Shown one piece after another: positions 42,990 through 51,400 of a stretch of 64,000 nt of DNA. Each line of letters starts with the position of its first letter. The stretch's first letter is position 1. Position numbers and translations under genes: made by a program. The DNA lies in contig CM000208.1 of assembly GCA_000002445.1 (NCBI GenBank), positions 192,001 to 256,000 on the forward strand, in the 5' to 3' direction. The notes beneath the pieces were generated by a model that worked only from the letters and a program-made list of their open reading frames with translations, was not told the DNA's origin and made no database searches. The DNA is from Trypanosoma brucei (taxonomy: Eukaryota).

Positions 42990-44357
42990 ATGCACGACGG
43001 AGATGGCAATATTGAACTCATCATTGGCCCCATGTTCGCTGGTAAAACAACAGAACTGATGAGACGTGTCCAGCGACACAAACACGCCCAAAGATCATGT
43101 TATATCATCAACTATTCACGAAACAGTTACCAAAATCAGCGACTGTCAACTCACGACCAGCTTTCACTGACTGCCAATGTGTCCATCGCAAAACTTAGTG
43201 AAGTGTGTGATGAATGGCGTGACTACGACGTCATTGCTGTTGACAATGGCCAATTCTTCCCTGATGTTGTGGGTTTCTGTGCACGCGCAGCCAATGAGGG
43301 GAAGACTGTCATTGTGTCAGCACTCGATGTAGACTGCCGAGAAACTCCTTTTGATGAGGTTTGCCGTCTTGTTCCCCGTGCAGAATCAGTGTTGAAACTC
43401 AGTGCCGTATGCATGGAATGTCATGAGCACGATGCTTTCTTAACGTATCGCACCATCGAGAGCAACGAGCGTGAACTATATGGTGGAGCCGACATGTACT
43501 TGGCTGTGTGCAGGTGGTGTTACAAACAACTTACCATGAGCCACGTTGATGCGCAGAAGACATCTGCTTCCACAGCTGCAGTTGTGCCAAATGGTGCACA
43601 CGGTCGCATTGAACTCATCATTGGCCCCATGTTCGCTGGTAAAACAACAGAACTGATGAGACGTGTCCAGCGACACAAGCACGCTCAAAGATCATGTTAT
43701 ATCATCAAGTACACTGGGGACACACGCTACAGTGAAGGTGCTATAACTTCTCACGACCAGCGTGCACTGACTGCCAATGTGTCGGTCTCTAATTTACATG
43801 ACGTGGGTGATGAGTGGCGTAAATACGATGTGATCGCGGTGGATGAGGGCCAATTTTTTCCTGGTGTGGCCGCGTTCTGTTCCAAGGCTGCCGATTCGGG
43901 GAAGGTTGTAATTGTGTCAGCACTTGATGCCGATTACCTACAAGAGCCATTTGAAGAAATTTGCCTTCTTGTTTCCCGTGCTGATTCTGTTGTGAAACTT
44001 AGTGCCGTGTGTATGGAGTGTCACAATCGCAAAGCATCTTTTACATATCGTACTGTGAAGAGTGATGAGCGCAAACTTGTCGGTGGCAGTGATATGTACA
44101 TGTCAGTTTGCAGATCATGTTACGAAACTAAAAGGAATATGGTGCAAACTGAAAAGTACATTTACAGTTGTGTTGGGATCAATGAAGGGAGTTACTCGGA
44201 ATGTTCCCCCGGGCCAAGCGAGCGCAGTTCAGCAGGAACCTCCGGCGTCCAAACTTCCGTCAAGGTGGATGAGCAGAACTGCACTGAACCGAACACAGAA
44301 GCTAAAAAAATGCCTCTGAAGAGAAAAAGAAATCAAATGGCCGTTGATACTACTTAG
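42990..44357 (+). CDS. TK: Thymidine kinase, tandem two-domain (pseudo-dimer) form
   Basis: Two consecutive TK1-type domains. Each has the P-loop IIGPMFAGKTTEL, a VD(N/E)GQFF motif and the Zn-ribbon lasso CMECH...VCRxCY. Domain 1 is about 42990-43560 and domain 2 about 43590-44170. A ~60-aa C-terminal tail follows. Confidence 0.9.
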   Translation: MHDGDGNIELIIGPMFAGKTTELMRRVQRHKHAQRSCYIINYSRNSYQNQRLSTHDQLSLTANVSIAKLSEVCDEWRDYDVIAVDNGQFFPDVVGFCARAANEGKTVIVSALDVDCRETPFDEVCRLVPRAESVLKLSAVCMECHEHDAFLTYRTIESNERELYGGADMYLAVCRWCYKQLTMSHVDAQKTSASTAAVVPNGAHGRIELIIGPMFAGKTTELMRRVQRHKHAQRSCYIIKYTGDTRYSEGAITSHDQRALTANVSVSNLHDVGDEWRKYDVIAVDEGQFFPGVAAFCSKAADSGKVVIVSALDADYLQEPFEEICLLVSRADSVVKLSAVCMECHNRKASFTYRTVKSDERKLVGGSDMYMSVCRSCYETKRNMVQTEKYIYSCVGINEGSYSECSPGPSERSSAGTSGVQTSVKVDEQNCTEPNTEAKKMPLKRKRNQMAVDTT

Positions 44358-45443
44358 TGCCAGGTGTACTATTGCGCAACGTATTGTGCCATTTTTCTGA
44401 TCTTCAAATTATTAGAGTTGTTGGTAAAACAGCGTTGCTGACCACTTAAAAAAAAAAAAGTATACATAAATAGTGGTTCTTTCCACTGTTTCCCGGGATC
44501 CTCCTCTATTTTTGAAAAAAAAAAATTTGGTTCGTTACTTTTCCCGAGGTAGACGTGTAAAATGTTTTAATGCGGCGCATACACAAGGAGAAAAGATGCT
44601 TATGTGGTCACGTTTACTGTGCTGTGCTCGCCAAGGCTTGTAGTACGCAAGGCACAATTTTCGAAACGCGGTATGTTTTCCTTATGTGCACCATCTTAAG
44701 TTGCTGCTGCCGCTGTTTCCTTAAACTTTCAGGGCATGCATCCGCCACCATTAAGCATGTTTAAACCATTGCCTGTTAGTTGGGTTTTTTTTTCCACATA
44801 ACAAACATTAACCTTATCGTAGCCGTACACCTTTGGGGATGCGGCGAGCAACAGCCATCGACGTGGCAGAAGCTGTCGCCGCTTAGAAGAACATTCACAC
44901 GAACCTGAAGGAAAACATAATACGCGTTTAGGTTTCAACTCGTGAGACGCAGTTCGCCACAGGGAAACGCTCGTACGAGCATAGAATTGCTTTTATAGAA
45001 ATCGGGAAATTAGGAGGGGAGAATTAAGAGATTAGACGTGTTTGAGGGACTATGGTGTTTTCTTGTTAAAGTGGTGAAACGCTTGTCAAGGTGGACCTTG
45101 TGTTTCCTTACCTCTGTTTGTTATTGACTTTTTTTTCCTTTTTCGTCGACCCAACTGCCTGCTAACCTGTGATCTTTGGTCCACCGCCTGTTTGTGCACT
45201 ATAGATTACCGTTGTGGTATTCCTCTCTGTGCTTCGGACTGCTTCCTCTCTTTAACCTGTTTCTTTTTTCCCTTTATAATAACGACGACAATAGTCCTTT
45301 AAGTAGAGGTCCAACCACTGCCATACTGGCACCAGCGGTTACGGTGTAGGTGTGCAATTAATTTTTCGCATAGAAGCTTCGCTACGGCAGGCAATTCCCT
45401 CCGTGCCAACTGTTATTAAAGAGTAGAATCACAGGAGGAAGAA

Positions 45444-48400
45444 ATGTTGCACAAACCATGTGTACAGGTGGTTATGCGGTTCCGCCCAAACCCTGGGGTT
45501 GCTTCTCCTTTTTACTCCACAGATGACACGGGTGCACCATGGCTTACGTACGATGAGCGTACCGTTCGTGTCGTGGAACGCGATCCGCCGATGGACCGGA
45601 AACGCGTGGAACCCAATGGGGGCCCTTGCGGTGACAGCAATGACCCCCCAGTTTCAAAAGCGCTCGTTCCAGCGCCTGTAACGAGCTACACGTTTGATGC
45701 AGTGCTCTCCGATACATCAACCCAGCGCGACGTGCACAAATGTGTTGGGGAACCTGTGATCGGTAATGTGCTGAAGGGTTACAATGCTACAATATTTTCC
45801 TATGGGCAAACAGGGAGTGGGAAGACGTATACGATGTTGGGCCCCTACGGGGGGTTGGCTGATGCTTTCTTCGAAGATAGTCCGTTCTATGGCGAGCGAG
45901 GGCTCGTACCGCGAGTAGTGGAAGAGTTGTTTAATCGTTTGAATACCATGAAATCGGAGGAGTACACGTGGCGGGTCAAGACACAAATGTTTGAGATATA
46001 CAGGGAAAATATTGTCGACTTGCTTATCGAAGGAGACCAACAACCTCAGACAGAGTATCGCATAAGGGAAGGCAAAAACAGTCAAGGTAGTTTTTGTATG
46101 TACGTTGACTCTCTAAAGGAGGTTGAATGCCGTACCGCCGCTGATTTCATGGATATACTGCAGAGGGGTGTGGCGAGCAGGCACACACGTGAAACGGGAA
46201 CAAATGACCGCTCTAGTAGAAGTCATTGCCTGCTCTGCTTATTTGTGGAGCTGAAGCACAATGAAGATTACAGTATGTGGACAGAAAGCAGGCTTAACTT
46301 CGTCGATCTTGCAGGCAGTGAACGAGTTGCGACCTCTCAAGCGGAGGGAGAGACCTTAAAAGAAACTCAATACATTAATCTCTCTCTTTCACTTCTAGGA
46401 AATGTTATCCACCGCCTTGCCGGCGGTAACACTGGACACATTCCCTACCGCGATACGAAACTGACACGAGTGTTGAAGGATTCACTCGGTGGTAATTCAC
46501 TGACCACTCTGCTATGTCACGGCACAACCGAAGCTGCAACAAAGAGTCAAACAATTAATACACTTCGATTTGCTCAAAAGGCACTTCGAATAAAAACACG
46601 TGCTGTCGTCAACAAACCATCGAAAACAACGATCAAACAACAACAGCAGGAGTTCTACAAGGAACACACAAAACAGTTGGAAAAACAAATAAGAGTTTTG
46701 CAAGAAATTATTAGAAGCCGGGAAAACACGGAAGGTGAAAATTCTATGTGCGCAAAATGTGAGAGCATGAGTGCTACGATCGCGTCATTAACAAAAGAAA
46801 TTGAAAGACTTCAGAAAGAACTTATAGCAAGAGAAGAACAGCTACAGCAAACGCAGGAAACAGGAGACTACTACAAAAAGAACTGCGAAACCCTCGAAAA
46901 CGAACTAGCAAAACTGACAGAGGAGCAAGAAGCAAACGACGCAAGGCACATCGAAGCATACACAATTCTTGAAGAAGAAAGTGAGAACCTCAGGGCTGAA
47001 ATTGAAGCGCTACAAAAGCAATTAGCAGAGAAGCCACACAAGGACGCATCCAACTCCGAAGCTCTTTCCAACAAAAATAATACGCGGAAAAATAATTATA
47101 ATGATTATAAAAACCGCGCTACTATGACAGATCGTCGAACACACTCAAATTGTTGCACAATGACTGACCCTGTTACAATTGTTATGCCTGATGTCATGGA
47201 GGATATGCAACGCCGTCTAACAAAGGAACTTATCAACTGTGGTACGATGACAGATATCCGTTCACACTCAAATTGTTGCACAATGACTGACCCTGTTGCA
47301 ATTGTTATGCCTGATGTTATGGAGGATATGCAACGCCGTCTAACAAAGGAACTTATCAATTGTGGAACAATGACGGATATCCGTTCACACTCAAATTGTT
47401 GCACAATGACTGACCCTGTTGCAATTGTCATGCCTGATGTTATGGAGGATATGCAACGCCGTCTAACAAAGGAACTTATCAATTGTGGTACGATGACAGA
47501 TGGCACCATCTCCACTAACCGCGCTACTATGACAGATTGTCGAACACACTCAAATTGTTGCACAATGACTGACCCTGTTGCAATTGTCATGCCTGATGTT
47601 ATGGAGGATATGCAACGCCGTCTAACAAAGGAACTTATCAACTGTGGCACAATGACGGATATCCGTTCACACTCAAATTGTTGCACAATGACTGACCCTG
47701 TTGCAATTGTTATGCCTGATGTTATGGAGGATATGCAACGCCGTCTAACAAAGGAACTTATCAACTGTGGCACAATGACGGATATCCGTTCACACTCAAA
47801 TTGTTGCACAATGACTGACCCTGTTGCAATTGTCATGCCTGATGTTATGGAGGATATGCAACGCCGTCTAACAAAGGAACTTATCAACTGTGGTACGATG
47901 ACAGATGGCACCATCTCCACTAACCGCGCTACTATGACAGATCGTCGAACACACTCAAATTGTTGCACAATGACTGACCCTGTTGCAATTGTTATGCCTG
48001 ATGTTATGGAGGATATGCAACGCCGTCTAACAAAGGAACTTATCAACTGTGGCACAATGACGGATATCCGTTCACACTCAAATTGTTGCACAATGACTGA
48101 TCCTGTTGCAATTGTCATGCCTGATGTCATGGAGGATATGCAACGCCGTCTAACAAAGGAACTTATCAATTGTGGTACGATGACAGATGGCACCGTCTCC
48201 ACTAACTGCGCTACTATGACAGATCTTCGTTCACACTCAAATTGTTGCACAATGACTGACCCTGTTGCAATTGTCATGCCTGATGTCATGGAGGATATGC
48301 AACGCCGTCTAACAAAGGAACTTATCAACTGTGGCACAATGACAGATGGCACCATCTCCACTAACCGCGCTACTATGACAGATCTTCGTTCACACTCAAA

Positions 48401-51400
48401 TTGTTGCACAATGACTGACCCTGTTGCAATTGTCATGCCTGATGTTATGGAGGATATGCAACGCCGTCTAACAAAGGAACTTATCAATTGTGGTACGATG
48501 ACAGATGGCACCGTCTCCACTAACTGCGCTACTATGACAGATCTTCGTTCACACTCAAATTGTTGCACAATGACTGACCCTGTTGCAATTGTTATGCCTG
48601 ATGTTATGGAGGATATGCAACGCCGTCTAACAAAGGAACTTATCAATTGTGGCACAATGACAGATCTTCGTTCACACTCAAATTGTTGCACAATGACTGA
48701 CCCTGTTGCAATTGTTATGCCTGATGTTATGGAGGATATGCAACGCCGTCTAACAAAGGAACTTATCAATTGTGGTACGATGACAGATGGCACCGTCTCC
48801 ACTAACTGCGCTACGATGACGGATATCCGTTCACACTCAAATTGTTGCACAATGACTGACCCTGTTGCAATTGTCATGCCTGATGTTATGGAGGATATGC
48901 AACGCCGTCTAACAAAGGAACTTATCAATTGTGGTACGATGACAGATGGCACCGTCTCCACTAACTGCGCTACTATGACAGAGGTTTGCCGTCAATCTAA
49001 TTCGCTTGATCGGCGTGTGTCTTGTGTATCGGGTACCGCTGAAAATGTGTCGTTGAGTGGGGAAACGTTTTGTAGGAATACATCTGTGAATACCCGTGAG
49101 TGTTCATATATTGCACGAAACACCATATTTGCTTCGAGTGTTGTTTCTTCATTTGTCCCCGTAATTGGGGAAGGACAGTTTGAGTGGTGGTGTTTGGACG
49201 ATGTGTATGCTCATGCTCTTTTGTTTTCTTACTGCAATCCACGCGATGTGGGTATCAATATTGGCTTGTTCGATGACTGTGATGATAAGGTGCTTTTGCA
49301 ATCTCTTGGAGTTGTTCATAGAACACTTGGCTCCATTCGTGCTGATTATGATGGCAGCGTCGTCTCGGTTATTCGTAGGTTTTTGGTTCAGCAACGCGGT
49401 GCCCTTGCAGGAGACGGCGCTCTTGAAGGTTGTGTGCCGTGCGAGGCTCTATTCGAGGTTCTTATATCTGCCAAAAATGCACTCTTGGTGGAGCCAATGG
49501 TCAGCGACTCCTCTACTGTGAAGGGGGAAGATAGGGTTTGTCACGGTGATGGAGAAGGTGCACTTGACAGCTGCGTATATGCTCACTTGCAAGTGGCGAT
49601 GACCGCCGTCTTCAGCATTGCACGTGAGCGCGGTGGATATTTGTCGGATATTTTCGCATCTGTGAAGGTTCAGAAAGCACTCGAAGCAATGCGTCAGTTC
49701 TTCACTTCCAGCAATTTATTTTCGAGTGGAAGTAGCAGCGTTTCTAGTACCTCCGAGGCCAACGGAGATAGTAGCAGCTTCCTCGAAGACATGCTGAGGG
49801 AAACAGAGGTCCCGCGTTTTGTACTAGGAGGTGCATTGCAACGGGCAGCCGCGCTGCTCAAGGATGATGTGGTGACCAAATTGCAGAGGCGGAGATTGTG
49901 TGGCGGACTCTCGTTGGAGGAGGCCCTTCTTGCGTGTTATTTGGCTGAAGAAAGAATCACCGCCCTCACTGAAATCGAAAATTTGAGAGAAGAAATGGTA
50001 CAGCCTGTTACACGCGAAGCGCTGGATTTAATTGACGGTGCGGTGAGGGCTTTTCTCAAGAGTGAAGAGTCCGAGGATTTCTCCGCTGAAGCCACAAACC
50101 ACATGAAAAGCAGCTCCTTCACTACCGCACTGGCATTTCTCTTCACGTACGTCGCTGCTCAAACAGCGACTGAAACCGTCGGGCTTCCTCAAGATAGCAC
50201 AGAACATGTTAGAGATGCGCTAAATGTAGTTGCGCAGACACTACTAAGGCGTTCAGTGTCACAAACTTCAAGATTTGATGTAGCACAGAGTAATACAGCG
50301 ATAGACCCAGAAAGCATGCAACAATCGTTGAGGATTATAATGGATTATGCGGAAAGTCAAGGTTACTACCCAGTCACATGCGATACGTCAGAAGCAGGCA
50401 GCCGGTCCAATCATCACTGCCAGTACTCCCAGCAAACCCGTAGAAAGGACACGCCCGACATCGACGTCACGAAAAGGGAGGCACTTATGGAAAAAATGGA
50501 TTCGCCTCGTACCACTCCAAGAAGTTCACCGCACCCTCGGTTATCCTCGCCACAAGAGCAACGACCTCAAACGAGCGTGGTTGTAGTATCGCAACCAAAT
50601 GTAACAAGCCACCACATCAACAACCTCGTTCACAGAGGAAGGATGACTAACCCTGTTGCAATTGTTATGCCTGATGTCATGGAGGATATGCAACGCCGTC
50701 TAACAAAGGAACTTATCAATTGTGGTACGATGACAGATGGCACCATCTCCACTAACCGTGCTACTATGACAGATCTTCGTTCACACTCAAATTGTTGCAC
50801 AATGACTGACCCTGTTGCGATTGTTATGCCTGATGTCATGGAGGATATGCAACGCCGTCTAACAAAGGAACTTATCAATTGTGGAACAATGACGGATATC
50901 CGTTCACACTCAAATTGTTGCACAATGACTGACCCTGTTGCAATTGTCATGCCTGATGTTATGGAGGATATGCAACGCCGTCTAACAAAGGAACTTATCA
51001 ATTGTGGTACGATGACAGATGGCACCATCTCCACTAACCGTGCTACTATGACAGATCTTCGTTCACACTCAAATTGTTGCACAATGACTGACCCTGTTGC
51101 AATTGTTATGCCTGATGTTATGGAGGATATGCAACGCCGTCTAACAAAGGAACTTATCAATTGTGGAACAATGACGGATATCCGTTCACACTCAAATTGT
51201 TGCACAATGACTGACCCTGTTGCAATTGTTATGCCTGATGTCATGGAGGATATGCAACGCCGTCTAACAAAGGAACTTATCAATTGTGGAACAATGACGG
51301 ATATCCGTTCACACTCAAATTGTTGCACAATGACTGACCCTGTTGCAATTGTCATGCCTGATGTTATGGAGGATATGCAACGCCGTCTAACAAAGGAACT

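Noticed and set aside
47105-48961. 618-aa minus-strand ORF
   Set aside because: It lies entirely antisense to the kinesin tandem-repeat array. The open frame is a by-product of the repeat periodicity. The + strand carries the conserved kinesin reading frame. The minus ORF at 50630-51805 is rejected for the same reason.
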